This document shows, one piece after another, positions 22,787 to 36,600 of a stretch of 64,000 nt of DNA; position 1 is the first letter of the stretch, and each line of letters starts with the position of its first letter. The translations under genes were made by a program, and so were the position numbers. The notes below the pieces were generated by a model, which searched no databases, had not been told where the DNA came from, and saw only the letters and a list, made by a program, of their open reading frames with translations. This stretch comes from a bacterium (lineage in GTDB: Bacteria; UBA8248): assembly GCA_965213685.1 (NCBI GenBank), contig CBDBZY010000041.1, forward strand, positions 416,001 to 480,000. Reading direction: 5' to 3'.

Positions 22787-24357
22787 TAAGAATGTTCTGT
22801 GCCCTTGCTGAAGGTCAAATCAGATGCAGAAATATCAAGGGAGGTGATGGAAGGGTGGGTTTGTGTTGATTGCAAGGCAGAGTCAGAGTCACCTGTACAC
22901 AGGGACTCAGAGCCAGCTGGAGAGACACCAGACCTGACATGGGTAGAGTCAGAGTCACCTGTACGCAGGCTCTCACAGCCTGCTGGGGAGACATTACATG
23001 ACATCTCGGCAACAGGGTCATGCTGAGGGAGGGAGACATGTGAAACATCAGAATGACCAGAAGCCCCTTTAGACTTATCTGAGAGTGATTGAGACTTCTT
23101 CTGACGCATATCGGGTGAAAGATCCTCCCGAATGAACAGACGAGCAATGTGAAAATTTTTTAATTTCCGCTTTTGCATTAGAACCATTCTCCTGTCCCAT
23201 GGAGTGGCAAACTTAATCAGCACAGGACGTGGAGGAATAGCATTTTCTGCCACCCCTGACCTCTTCTTGTAACGACCCAGCCGAAATAGGTCTTTGATAG
23301 CAAGCTTACTCCCAGTGAGATATTCTAGAACCTCATCCACCCTCTCCCTTGTGCCCACCAGAGAGGCACATTCTGCAAGGCCAAAAAGTACCACATTTGA
23401 CTCTCTGTCATGATGATCAGGAAGAGAACTGGAGGTAGACTTCCTGAGTGGCAGCTTCATAGGCAGGGAGGAGTGGTTTGTGGATGAAGCACTTTGCTCA
23501 TGCTGTTGTCCACTGGCCACCACTGAAGAGTAGGTGGCCTCTGTTGTGCACACAGGTGGACCTACAGCATTGGAGGCTTCTGATCTAGTACCTCCAGATG
23601 TAAGAAAGGTGGACAACTTCTTCTCAAGGTCCGTAACAGCAGAGGTGAGAGCAAGCAGTGACCTTGTGTTGTCCTGTACCTGCTCAGACACAGGGTCAAG
23701 ACTCAGGGATGGTATCCTAGGGAGCTCTGTGGCTTCACAATAAATAGGAGGGACTGAGCTCTTTGAATCTAATGCATCAAAAGCAGCCAAAATATCTTCT
23801 AGATCCGCATCTATCCGCTCCCTTTTATCAGAGCCACGCCTCTGATGATACACAAGGCCAGCACCCTTCAATTCTTCCTTGCACGACTCCCAGAGCAACC
23901 TTTTGGAATGCTCAACGGCAGACTGATCAAACCTCTCCACCACAATGGAAGATAGGCTGGTCTTGTCACCTCGTAAGCGGAATGCCTTGATAAAGGCCAA
24001 AACTACATCAATCAACATTGTACTCTCAGCCTGCATAGCAACATCTGATGTGATAGGGGCTGAGGGTGTCTCAGCAGACGTACACACAAGGTTGTAGTCA
24101 CTAAGAGGGCGACCACCATGAAAGAGTGAAGACTTCCACTTCTTTGCAGACTTTCCACCCAATCTTTCAAACTCTAAAGGTGTAATCCATTTAGAAGCAC
24201 TCAAAACACACTGACCAACACGCTTAGCCCGCTCCTTATGCAACCGATCAATATACAACTGACCACTCACACTGCCACACTCAACTGAGATATATGAACC
24301 ATTGCAATCACTCTCAATTCTAGGCAATAACAACGAACCACTCTGAGACATAGCCAT
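22786..24357 (-). CDS. LINE ORF1 (523 aa) with an N-terminal SAND domain, coiled coil and RRM/CTD-like region
   Basis: ISVECGSVSGQLY...CV....WITPLEFERLGGKSAKKWKSSL...GRPL (SAND); RESNVVLFGLAE...FRLGR...PRPVLIKF...FIREDLS (ORF1p core); the stop overlaps the ORF2 start as TAATG. Confidence 0.88.
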   Translation of the reverse strand: MAMSQSGSLLLPRIESDCNGSYISVECGSVSGQLYIDRLHKERAKRVGQCVLSASKWITPLEFERLGGKSAKKWKSSLFHGGRPLSDYNLVCTSAETPSAPITSDVAMQAESTMLIDVVLAFIKAFRLRGDKTSLSSIVVERFDQSAVEHSKRLLWESCKEELKGAGLVYHQRRGSDKRERIDADLEDILAAFDALDSKSSVPPIYCEATELPRIPSLSLDPVSEQVQDNTRSLLALTSAVTDLEKKLSTFLTSGGTRSEASNAVGPPVCTTEATYSSVVASGQQHEQSASSTNHSSLPMKLPLRKSTSSSLPDHHDRESNVVLFGLAECASLVGTRERVDEVLEYLTGSKLAIKDLFRLGRYKKRSGVAENAIPPRPVLIKFATPWDRRMVLMQKRKLKNFHIARLFIREDLSPDMRQKKSQSLSDKSKGASGHSDVSHVSLPQHDPVAEMSCNVSPAGCESLRTGDSDSTHVRSGVSPAGSESLCTGDSDSALQSTQTHPSITSLDISASDLTFSKGTEHS

Positions 24358-25571
24358 CCAACAACAACAACACAGGACTCACTTCGCACGTGCAGCATGC
24401 GTTAATAGGTCCACCATGGAAGACGACAGCACAGTAGAAACCCACGCGAACGAACGGACGGACACGGAGACAGAGGCGATGACTGACTTCCTCGAGTTTG
24501 CTGGACGAAGGGCGAGAGTCGGCTGTTTGCTGGACGAAGGGCGAGAGTCGGTTGCTGTGAATTTACTTGTGCTATAGTGCGATAATCTATGCACACGTAT
24601 GATCATGAGCGCCTAGAGCATAAGGCCCGAGGGGCGCGCGCGAGGCGCACGTGGTTGAACCTATCTAGCTCGAACGCGCGCTAGTTAGCTACGTACGTGC
24701 GTACACGCGTGTGGTACCGGTACACCCCTTTCACATCCCCTATATACGGCGAGTATACAGTCGGCAGCGCAACCGTTGACGGGTCGACGACCCTAGCCTT
24801 GCGGAGCCACACTTTCTCGCGCACATAAGTAATATCCTGCGTGAGATTTGGGTGTGCTTTGCGGGTGAGCGTGAGTGACATACTAAATGCGTGAGTCTCA
24901 CGCGCAATGCGTGAGAGTTGAGAGGTCTGCAGTGATGTACCATCTCGTCATCTCTGTAAAGGGTAACTTGGTATTCTGCCACCACTTCCTTAGTTTGTCA
25001 GAGGTGCACTGGTACATGGTAGAACACAAGACTAGTGGAATAGCAAACGATGTTCTACTTAAGTTAAAGGAGAATATTATAAAACATAAATGAGGCAAAA
25101 AAGGACAAAAAGCAACCAAAATAACAGCGAGTCTTTAATTTGAAGGTGGCTCCAGTAGAAAAAAGACAAACTCTACGGATGGTAATTGACTCCCTTCTTG
25201 CTCACACACTGTTGCGTACGTGAATCGAAGCCATTGCTCGTATGCTCCTTGCCATGTGTGCATGTCGGTCAGTCGTATATATAGAGAAGCGGCTATATGG
25301 TACACCCTTAATCATCCAAGTGTCGGGTCGACCTGAGACTGAATGCCAACGACGCGCCATTGCGCCAGAGGTGTTGCACTTCTTACGTCAAGCTCCATGA
25401 CTGTATATATGTTTCACATCAACACCAACGAAGCCCAAGCTACCGATAACTTGCTAGTGTCGTATGTGTGGTGACAACTGAAGAGCCTTTCAGTAAATAA
25501 TTTATAACCGGTCTTTCCGTATGCCGAGCCCAGCAACAAGCTAGCTAAAAATGGCTACGTTAAAATAATGT

Positions 25572-25608
25572 ACCCTTGAGGATGACACAAGGTGTCAAAA
25601 CGTTGGGT
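25572..25608 (+). ncRNA. Degenerate minimal hammerhead-ribozyme-like motif (Penelope pLTR type)
   Basis: ACCC-TTGAGGA-tGACAC aag GTGTC-aAAA-CGTT-GGGT: stems I and II pair, but both core boxes deviate from CUGANGA and GAAA. Confidence 0.4.
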
Positions 25609-25841
25609 TCTATTAAGAACAGTGACTAGCAAGTACTTTAGAGAATTAGCAAGATGTACACTACCGTATACTTTGACTTCAAAAAATCAATGTTGTACTT
25701 GAGTAACCACGCATACAATACACACTACACTGTCTATCATCTCTACCTTAATAACCAGCTATCCTTTCTTCCTTACTGTTTAAATGCATGATGAATCAAG
25801 AAATGTTACAATATGACCACAATATGATGCTATCAGCATTT

Positions 25842-26768
<927 letters not shown>

Positions 26769-27689
26769 CTATGAAATAAACCAACACACAAACAAACACT
26801 GGGTCAATAATCCATGACGAGATGGGCCATGTCATCAACCACAATTATTATGGAGTTGCCATGTCCCCAGCCACAGAGCAGTGCTATATTATATATCCTT
26901 TCCCAGGCTTTCCCCCACATGCCAGCACAACAGGGTTTGCACTTTAGTGCTCTTCATTATAATTTTGTGTGTATGCATATTTCGACAGTCATTGAAATCA
27001 AACCTGGGCATTGTGAAAGTCACCTGCACAGTTGACATTACCAGAAAGCAACTCACTGATGTAGTGCTCTCAACCTCTCAATAACAATAGGTGGGAGATC
27101 AAACTTTTAAATGAGGGAGATTAGGAACAAAATGAGTGAGATAACCAACACTAATAGGGTTTGGAGATAATCTATTGATGTAGTTGTTTTTTTTGCTACT
27201 GTGAGCTCTATAGTACGTGGTCACGTGGACGTTGGAAGCAAAATTAGATATGTGCGCACGTATGATCATATATCATGAGCATAAGACCCGAGGGGCGCGC
27301 GCGAGGCGCACGTGGTTGAACCTAGCTAGCTCAAATGCGCGCTAGTTAGCTACGTCCGTGCGTACACGCGTGTGGTACCGGTACGCCCCTTTCACATCCC
27401 CTATATACGGCGAGTATACAGTCGGCAGCGCAACTGTTGACGGGTCGAAGACCCTAACCTTGCGGAGCCACGCCTTCTCGCGCATATAAGTACCATCCTA
27501 CGTGAGATTTGGGTGTGCTTTGCGGGTGACATACTAAATGCGTGAGCCTCGCGCGCAATGCGTGAGAGTTGAGAGGTCTGGGATTCCCAGGAAGACCTGT
27601 GATCCTTAGCCAATCGTCCCCAGATAATGCCCACCATACTTGGATTGGAATCACGAGTTATGAGCAGATTGTCACTGCCAGCTTCTGAC

Positions 27690-28591
27690 TGAATAGTTAT
27701 AGGCTTCTAAGCTTTTCCACTGAATTTGCTGCTGGAGGTATGCACAAGGGCGCTATATGTAGTAGAAATGCCGGTTTCTGTCTGACTGTCACTTCAAGGC
27801 CCGTGCCATATCGTCCAGCCGTTCGCATATGGATTGTCTCCTTCTTCCAGGCTCATCACTCTCGACTTGTTTAAGTAGCAGTCCTTGGGTAAGGGTGGTA
27901 CCACCCCACAGTACTTGCTCATATCGCGCACGAAACCGTTCACACACTGCACCCGCTAGCCCACCATGGCCCACCAAGGGGCGGGCATTTCCGCTTCCGC
28001 TGTTTACCAACACTTAAGGGAGGGCGAGTCATGATTGCGTTCTTCGTCAATTACTCTACCGTCGCTTTCCCCCTACATTTACCAACGCTAAAACGACAGC
28101 AATTCTTTGGCGCGGTTGCAAATTCGCAGGGAAAAAAATTCCTGTTTCCCGCTACCGTTGGACGTGTGGCGCTGTGTGGCGCCAACCGGTGAAGAGGTGG
28201 ATGCTCGCCAAAGGGGAATGAACTAGTTTATGCGCAATGGGTTGCTCGAGGCTTGGCTTGCTACTTTACGGCAGAATTTGCTACCGTTTTTCTAAATTCT
28301 GCAGCACGAAGAAAACGATTATATGTCTAGAAAGAACGATTTAGCACGGATTTTTAAAGCAAACGTAGATAGCCAACATGCTTAGTAATCATCCACCGAA
28401 GTTTCGTCTCTGCAGCATTAGCCGTTATTGGCAAATTTTTTTCTATAATTACCGATATGCATATTGCGTAAATTTTATAATGCTATGAACCGACATATCA
28501 CGCAAAACTACGTTATTTCGCTAACAGGCATCATTAGGAGAATACAATAAAACATAAATCAGGCAAAATCATGTCTTAGGGTCGTCCTGCC
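27690..28591 (-). mobile_element. Second, inverted fragment of the Kolobok-like element (ORF2 remnant and possible terminus)
   Basis: Minus strand MSKYCGVVPPLPKDCYLNK...EEGDNPY...QWKSLEAYNY is homologous to 19325-19580; a possible end reads TTAA|GGCAGG on the minus strand at 28591-28595. Confidence 0.5.
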
Positions 28592-29052
28592 TTAAGTACC
28601 ACTTAAGTGCCACTTAAAATTCCTTCACACCTTCGCTCTGAAAAGGTCCATAAGGTGATGTCACTGCATGTACTAGCAGCCAATCAGCCCGTTGGAATCA
28701 AGTGGAATCATAGGTGTAGTAAACAGCTTCCGATGTACACCAACTTCGTACGATGTCTACAAGCTAGTCGCTGTCCCTAGTCTAACCCTAACCCTGCCTC
28801 GTTACACGATCAGTGAGCTAGTCCCTAACGTGGGCCCCTAGCAACCCCTGGTAGCAACCCCCAGTAGCAAACCATTGCCGCAACGTGTCACGACGCACTG
28901 TGGCCTGCGAACGGTAGCAAGCCCTTGCCGCCGCGTATAACGATGCAGTGAACGGTAGCTGGGCTCAGCGTTGACGGGGAAGGGACAGGGGTAGTCCGAA
29001 TCGTGAGTCGCTACACACTAAGGCTTGCCTGTAACACGTCGATTGGTCCAGC

Positions 29053-29088
29053 CATAGATATTATACACGGAATTGTATAATATCTATG
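29053..29088. mobile_element. 36-bp palindromic micro-element CATAGA...TCTATG
   Basis: 15-bp perfect arms; 7-bp TSD GTCCAGC on both sides. Confidence 0.8.
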
Positions 29089-29344
29089 GTCCAGCTCACT
29101 CAGTCTTTCCCCAAGTAACCGGATGTGATCGAGCCGGCTTTACGTTTGCGCGTAGCGCGGGGGCCCGCGGGGACCAAAAAGTGGCATCACCGGATGAGGG
29201 TATATAAATATATAGAGGAGGGCTCCATCCGCACGACTAGATGGGCTCGCTCCCGCTCGCCCGATTATTGGGTGAGTGTGGCTATAGTGTCCGTTGAGCG
29301 GGGTTTTCTAGTACTGCGAGTGTACAATTGGGGACGGAATTACT

Positions 29345-29483
29345 GTCCGTTACACGGTGTCCGCTATTCAGGGGTTTTTGATGTATTAAAGTCTATGGAG
29401 AAACGATTGGGCCTTTCAGAATTGTCCGTTATATCGTGGGTGTCCGCTGTTGAGGGGCGTCCGTTAAGCGGGGTTCCACTGTA
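29345..29483 (-). mobile_element. Tc1/pogo (Tigger-like) MITE end
   Basis: Minus strand begins TA|CAGTGGAACCCCGCTTAACGGAC; a related end (TACAGTCGAACCCC) lies at about 18930-18996. Confidence 0.55.
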
Positions 29484-32365
29484 TTCAGTACACGTACATG
29501 TAGTGAGACTCCACAGTACAGTAAGACTATAGCGACCTACATGACCCAACTATCAAAAATATTGGTCCGGCGGCCGCCCGGTCTGCCGGACCTACTCCGC
29601 CGCCCCTGTACTTCAGTGCATCTGCACCACACCTGTATTGTACATGCGCACGGGGTATGCGCTCTATGAGCACTTGTTGTCTTTAGGAATGGTCGTCCAG
29701 CCGCGTGGTCGGGCGAGCAAAGAGCGCGTCTCCATGCGACTGGTGGTGCGAATGGACTGCGCAGGGCAGGGCAGAGAGTCACAGCAAAAGGAGATCAGTT
29801 ATGAGTATGGAGCACAGCCATTGTGGAGAGTGGTGCGGATGAAGCTAATCGGGCACATGTCGTCCTTAGGAACTGTGAGATTAGAGACACTGGCCGGCTC
29901 GCTATTGCTCACAAATGGGGCACCAAGGCCCGGATTCCATGGCCCTACAGCGCACTGCTCTCCATTATCACCTCATATCATACGACAGTGTTGTCCCTCA
30001 GCTGCGTGCCTCCCTCCTTCCCCCTCCCTGTCTCTCTTCTCCCCTCACACTCTCTCCCCCTCCTCCTCCTCCTCCTCCTCCTCTTCCTCATTCCCTTCTC
30101 TCTCTCACTCACTACAGTATGCAGGACTACAATGCCCAGAGGTGGTGTGACCTGTTTGTTTGGTCATGTGACTGGGCAAGGGCTAGGAACTACTCTACTC
30201 CTATCGTGCTCTCATCACGCAGGTCTAACACTTGATCCCTCACTACATGGCATTGTATACATGAACAATCATATTATAATTGTAGTACACTACATTAGAA
30301 GAAAGGAAGAAGGAAAAGAAGGAAGAAAGAAATGAACAAACAACAACAACCTTATAATTATAATGATTATGTGTATGCACTCCCAGCTTCAGCAGCTTAG
30401 AAAAATATCTTCGAAAAATATATACATACCCTCAGCTTCACCAGCTTAGAAAAATATATACACACACTCTCAGCCTCTTCAGCTTAGAAAAATAGAACAA
30501 TCTCAGCCTTAGTGGCTTAGAAAAATAGATTGTCAGCCTCATTGACTTAGACACATGTACATGTACATGTGAAGCTCTGAATAATTCTAAGCCATTGAGG
30601 TTGAGATTGCTATATATTTCTAAGCCATTGAAGCTGTAACTTATTTTTCTAAGCCACTGAGGCTGAGAGACTATATTTCTAAGCTGGTGAAGCTGTTGTT
30701 TTTGTGTACAATATGTGTGTAATGCGTTTGTTTGTTTCTTTCCTTCTCTTCTTTCCTTTCCTCTTCTTTCTAGTGCTTATATGTGATTGTTCATGTACAC
30801 GTACTTCTCTTTCTCCTGTTTCCCTCATCTGTCCTCAACTTCTTCTCCGCTTCCCCTTCCTGCGTCTGCTCCTCCTCTTTGTCCCTCCCTCCTTCCCTTC
30901 AAATTCCCCCTTCATTCAATTGTGGGTCCCTAGCTTCCTAGTGGAGCCTTGTAGTGAGATGCACTGACCCTTGGGGACTTTGGCTCTCATCCCATACCAT
31001 AAGACCCTGTTGGTCTCCCTCCCCCTTCACCTGTACCCTGTTGGTCTCCCTCCCCCCTTCACCTGTACATGTACCTTCACCTCTCCCTCCCTCCTCCTCT
31101 CAGATTTTATTTTCCTAAACCATAAAGGCTGTGCACATTCTATTTTTCTAAGCCGTAGAGACTGTACAGATTATATTTTTCTAAGCCATAGAGGTTGTTG
31201 TAATTTTCTTTCTTTCTCTTTCTTTCCCTTCTCCTTTCTTTCTAAACAGTGCTCTATGTACTTGATTGTTCATGTACCCTCACCTCTCCCTGTATGAGTT
31301 ATCTCCGTATTCCTCATTCGTCCTCCCATTCCTCCTTCCTTTCCCCCTCCTCCCTCTCTCCCTCTCTCCCTCTCTCCCTCTCTCCTGCAGAGTTGGCACT
31401 GGAGGAGACAGCACAGGGCACTAAATACTCACAGAACTGTCAGTGCCATCAAAGCCATCCTGTGAGACACCCACTGCAGTCAGAGACAATTGTCTGGAGT
31501 TGCTGCATGTCTTTACCATGTAGTCACTCTATCCCCCTCACCTCTTCCTTCTCCTCCTCCTCCTCTTCCTCCTCCTCCTCCTCTTCCTTCTCCTCCTCCT
31601 CTTCCTCATCCTCCTCCTCTTCCTTCTCCTCCTCCTTCTCTTCTTCCTAATCAATCCTCTCTCCTCCTCCTCTCCTCTTCCTAATAATTAACCTTCCCTC
31701 TTCCTCCTATTCCCACTTCTCCCAGATTTATCTATCACTCACTCTCCCCCTCCCTCCTTCATGCTCTCTCTCATATCATATTGATGTCTTCATCAGTCCT
31801 AACATGTGATGTCGCAATCATTCTAATTGTCTGAACAAACTGTTTTTAATCAAAAAGTTATCACACAATATAACACATATCAGCTAGCGTAAGGTGTTTT
31901 AGTGAATGTATAGATAAAGACATCATTATAAAAACAAATTGTGTATTGCATTTTTCACTATGCAGTATGTAAACTCATTTTACATGTTGCATACATGTAT
32001 ATCAAATGATTTATAGTTATTTATATAATTACAAATGTTGGGGTATACTAACAATTATTATTAAGTCAACATACATAATAGCAGGTTGTCTATTCTTTAC
32101 TACAGTATTAAGTAAAATAATATACCCCATATCATATAATCTCACATAACAGAAGGTATATACATGTAAACCACAATTAATTGTGAACATTCCACAAATT
32201 TGTGATGTAATTAATTAAGCCAACACACATAAAAGATGTTGTAGGAGTGAAGTAACATGCAATGCATAGCATACACAAAGTAAAATCAAATCACTGCAAA
32301 AATATTAGTGGTAGTTCACATGTACAGTTGTGCACAGTGTGGTGTTATCACAGAAGCAATCAGTG

Positions 32366-33256
32366 TTACTCTAATGATCCTACCCACACTTGCTGGGACC
32401 ACCCCCCAACATCCTCCACATACCCTCCAGCCACAAGCAGTTCACCAGACGGGAGTACTGCACAAGAGGGAGCCCACATTCCCACAGGAAGCTCTCCACA
32501 CTTGCTCCATTTCTTCCCTTCTGTCTCATATCTGTAGAGCTCCTTTCTCCTCCCCTTCCCTCCTACCAGTAGCAAATGGTTCTGCAGGGCTAAGAGTGTG
32601 GGTTCACGTACTGGAGGGGATGGCAGTTCCTGCCATACTGGGCCAGTGGTGGTGTTGCGAGTTGCGTTTGATATCAGGGTGGGGAGGTGGGCGGAGAACA
32701 CGTGAGGCTGACCATCTCTCCAGACATATGATGAAATGTATACGTAATCACTAATGATGACTGCTGTCATTGCCCAACCCCCCACAGGCACTGGCTGTGC
32801 ACTGTACCACTGGTAAGTGGAGCAGTCCAGGACTTCTACTGTGTCCTTGAACTCAGTCCCACATGCCACAATGAGGTATTGCTGGTAGCCCACAGCAGCT
32901 GAGGATGCTCTACCAGTTGGCATTCTTGGGTAGTGCTGAGTATTCCAGCGGTGACCCTCACTGTCCCATAATTGGATAGCAGTGCTGTCTCCATCACCAC
33001 CAGCTAGTAATAGCTGGTCCTTGACTGATGCCATGGCAAACCAGCGCACAGTGCTCTTTGGCAGCTGAGACCACTCACCAGTGGTAGAGTTGTATTGTAC
33101 TACGACATACTGATTGCTGATCTCCTCAGCCAACCCACCTCCAATGTGGATCTGTCCCTTCAGTAATGCAGTTTGGGCATACTGGACTCCAAAGGGCAAG
33201 TCCTTTCCTCTCTTCCATTTGAGTGGGAGGGGCCATCTCAGTGGCTGGACCTGGGG
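32366..33256 (-). CDS. Kelch-repeat beta-propeller terminal exon (~296 aa)
   Basis: Repeated GG...Y...W motifs (IHIGGG..YNSTTGEW, LLAGG..WDSEGHRW, LLVGG..YETEGKKW, LVAGG); cag acceptor after a pyrimidine tract; open to the stop. Confidence 0.88.
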   Translation of the reverse strand, partial: PQVQPLRWPLPLKWKRGKDLPFGVQYAQTALLKGQIHIGGGLAEEISNQYVVVQYNSTTGEWSQLPKSTVRWFAMASVKDQLLLAGGDGDSTAIQLWDSEGHRWNTQHYPRMPTGRASSAAVGYQQYLIVACGTEFKDTVEVLDCSTYQWYSAQPVPVGGWAMTAVIISDYVYISSYVWRDGQPHVFSAHLPTLISNATRNTTTGPVWQELPSPPVREPTLLALQNHLLLVGGKGRRKELYRYETEGKKWSKCGELPVGMWAPSCAVLPSGELLVAGGYVEDVGGWSQQVWVGSLE

Positions 33257-33699
33257 CTGTAATGAGGTGAATGATGCAGGGAGGGGAGGGAGGGAGGGAG
33301 GGGAGGGAGAGGGAGGAAGACAGAAGGAGTGGTGTACGAATAGTGGCATGGAGAGAAGGTGAAAGAGAGTAGGAGTGAGGAAAGGGGAAGGATGGAGAAA
33401 CATAATGAATGCACACATGTATATGTGCTGATGACATTCCATGTATATAAACAATTCTGTACACAGGTGTGGAATACTTGTAGCTGGCTAGTAATGCAGG
33501 AGCTATTGATTAATTAGCTACAAATTCATTCATTATTTCCTTGGCAAGAAGGTTAACCATGTACACTAGGGTAACACACTATCTCAGCTTGTGTGGCTGG
33601 CTCACAGGTGGAGGGTGTGCACTGTTTTGGTGTCTGACTATTGAGGAATAGAATGGCCACACCAGTCTCTCCTCTCACACCATATGTGCTCGTCCTCCC

Positions 33700-36600
33700 T
33701 CCCTTCCATCACCTCCCTCTCCTTCCCTCCCTCTCCTTCCCTCCCTCCCCCTCCCTCTCCTTCCCTCCCTCTCCTTCCCTCCCTCTCCTCCCCTCCCTCT
33801 CCCTCCCTCCCTCTCCTTCCCTCCCACCTAGTGCAGTTTTAGTTTAGAGGGATTTGCAGTTGATTACTTCTTATGTAGTTCAATTACCATTGCTGGAGCA
33901 ATTTTGTTAATTGCCCTAATTAATTTTGTTATACTTCAATCTCTTAATAGAGTTTCAACACAATTCTTTAATTATATATCCCTGATTGCTTGCTACTAAG
34001 GATGTATTTAAGTACACAACAACTTACTGTAGTTTTAGTAGCATGTAGTTATAATTAACAACAGTATATACCATTTACTAGAAGGCTGTACAGATTACCA
34101 CAGAATTCAACACAATGACTGCAGTGACTGTGTACAGACCTTACAGTACTGGGTTTAATTAACATTACTGTGGGCTGTGACAATTAGTGTTGGTTTAATG
34201 TACTTTTGTTGCGATTAACTACTACAGTGCCACCCTTCTTCCCTCCCTCCCCCCTCCCTCCCCTTCCTCTCACCCTTCCCTCACACCCTCACACTGTCAA
34301 CCCCTCCCTTCCTCCCTACCCTGCTCCCCTCTCCTGTGCCATATGATTGTGTGTATCTAACCTCTAGCTCTTCTTCCATCCCTTCCATTCCCCCCTCTCC
34401 TTCCCTTCCTACCCCCTCTCCTCCCTCCTCCTCCCCTCCCCCAGCAGCCCCTTCCCTTTCCTCTGTCCCCCTTCCCTGCTCTCCCCCTCCCCCTTCTCCC
34501 TGCCCTCCTCCCTCCCTTCCCTCCTCCCTCCCCCTCCCCTCCTCCCCCACCCCCACCTCCCTCCCGTCCTCTCTTCCTTCTTTCACCCTCCCTCACTCCC
34601 TATCTTCCCTCCATCCTTCCTTCATCTCTCCTTCATTAACTACATGTATAAACTAATGGAATACATTGTAGTGAACAGATATCCTTCGGGTATTTACATG
34701 CATGAACTGAAGTAAGAGAAACTGTAACTAATTCAAAGGTAATTTATGTTAGACAAAATCATAACTAAAACAGGTTCATTAAACTGATTGGCTGCATTCA
34801 AATTTCTTCCTTACCCCTCCCCCCCTCTCTCTCTCTTCCTTCTCCTCCCCCTCCTTCCTCCCCCTCTTTCCTTCCCTCCCTCTTCCCCCATTTTCTCAAT
34901 CCTTACATCTCCCCCACCTCCCTCCCTCCCCCCTCCCTCTCCCTCAACCTCCACCTCCCTTCCTCATTCTTCCCTCATACTTGCCTGCCTCTCTCTCTTT
35001 TCTCTTTCCCACCCTCCCCTACTCCCTCCCCTTCCCCCTCTCTCACTTCCCTCATTTCTTCTCATACTCCCCTCACCCTCCCCCTCCCTCCCTTCTTCCC
35101 TACCTCCCCCTCCCTCCCCCTACCTCCCTCCCCCCTCCCCTCCTCTCTCCCTTTACCCTCCTCCTTCCTTTCCCCCTGGACCCCCTCCCTCCTCCCTTTT
35201 CCTCCTCTCTCCCCCCTCTCCCCATCCCTCCTTCCTCTCCCTCCTCCTCTCGCGCCCTCCTCTCCCTTCCTATTCTCAACCTCCACCTCCTTTCCTTATT
35301 CTTCTTTCCTCATACTTCCCTGCCTCTCTCTCTTTTCTCTTGCCCCACTTCCCCCTCTTCTCTCCCCCCTACCCCCCTCCCCCTCTCCCCCCTTCCCTCT
35401 CTTCCACCTCTCCCCCCCTCCCACGTATCCCTTTCCTCTTGACCTTCTCTCTCTCCCTTGTTCACCCTCCATCCCTCTCTTGTATATACCTCCCTCCTCT
35501 TCTTGTCCCTTCATCCTTCCTTCCTCCCACTCCCTTCCACACTCTCTCTCCTCTCCCATTACACATGTTTGCACACTACTAGAGATAGTTATCACTACAT
35601 GTAAACCACCCACTGCAGTACCTGCTCATGAGCCTTGGCCTGAATAGGAGAGCTCATCTGAGAGGGAGCTTTGGGGGCAGTCTATATAAAGAAAAGGATT
35701 ATCACTGTGAAATATCTAATTGTAAGGAACACTGTAGCAAAGAGAGAATGAATGGGAGAAGAGAGGAGATCTAGAGGAATGCTAAATATTAATGTGGTAA
35801 GGTGGAATGGAGGGGAGAAGGAAGGAGGGAGACTAGGGAGGAGGAAGGGAGGTGGGAAAAGGTGGAGGAAGGGGATGAGAGGGAGGAAAAAGGGGAAGGG
35901 GAGGGAGGAAGGAGAGAGGGGAGAGAGGAGAGAAGAAGAGAGAGGGGGAGAGAGGGGAGGGGGAAGTAGGGGGAAGGGGAACAGGAGGGAGAGGGGGGAG
36001 GGGAAGAGGAACAGGAGGGAGAAGGGGGAGGGGAAAAGGAACAGGAGGGAGAGGGGGGAGGGGGGAGTGGAGGGAGAGGGAGGGAGGGGAAGGGGGAAGG
36101 GGAGGGGAGAGGGGGAGGGGGAGTGAGGGGAGGGGGAGGGAGGGGGAGGGGAGAGGGGAGGGAGAGGGAGAGAGGGGAGAGGGAGAGGGGGAGGGGAGAG
36201 AAAGGGTAGAGGGGAGGGGGAGGGTGAAGTGGGAGAAAGCAGAAAGGGAGTGGAGGAAGAGAGGGGGAGGGGGGAGGAAAGGGAAAAGAGGAGGGTGGAA
36301 TAAAGAGGAGTGGAGGGTGATAACATCCACTGAAAAGGAGGGAGAAGGGCAGGGGGAGGGAGGGGAGGGAAGGTAGGGGGGGGGGAAGAGAGGGGGAAGA
36401 GGGGAGGGGAAGGGGAAAGGAAGGGAGTTAGGGGGAGGGATGAGGGGAGGGGAAGGAGGGAGGGTGGAATCAGAGGAGGTGCATCAGGGTCAAAAGGTTC
36501 ACTATTATGATCACATACGCCATTATAATACCCAGCACTCTGCATGTTTCACCACCGCGCCCGAACAACACAGATTATATATCCCTGATCTTGCTAGTAA

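Noticed and set aside
29638-31500. Possible plus-strand spliced gene (candidate exons near 29870, 30118 and 31391)
   Set aside because: Splice-like signals exist, but there is no recognisable homology or consistent frame.
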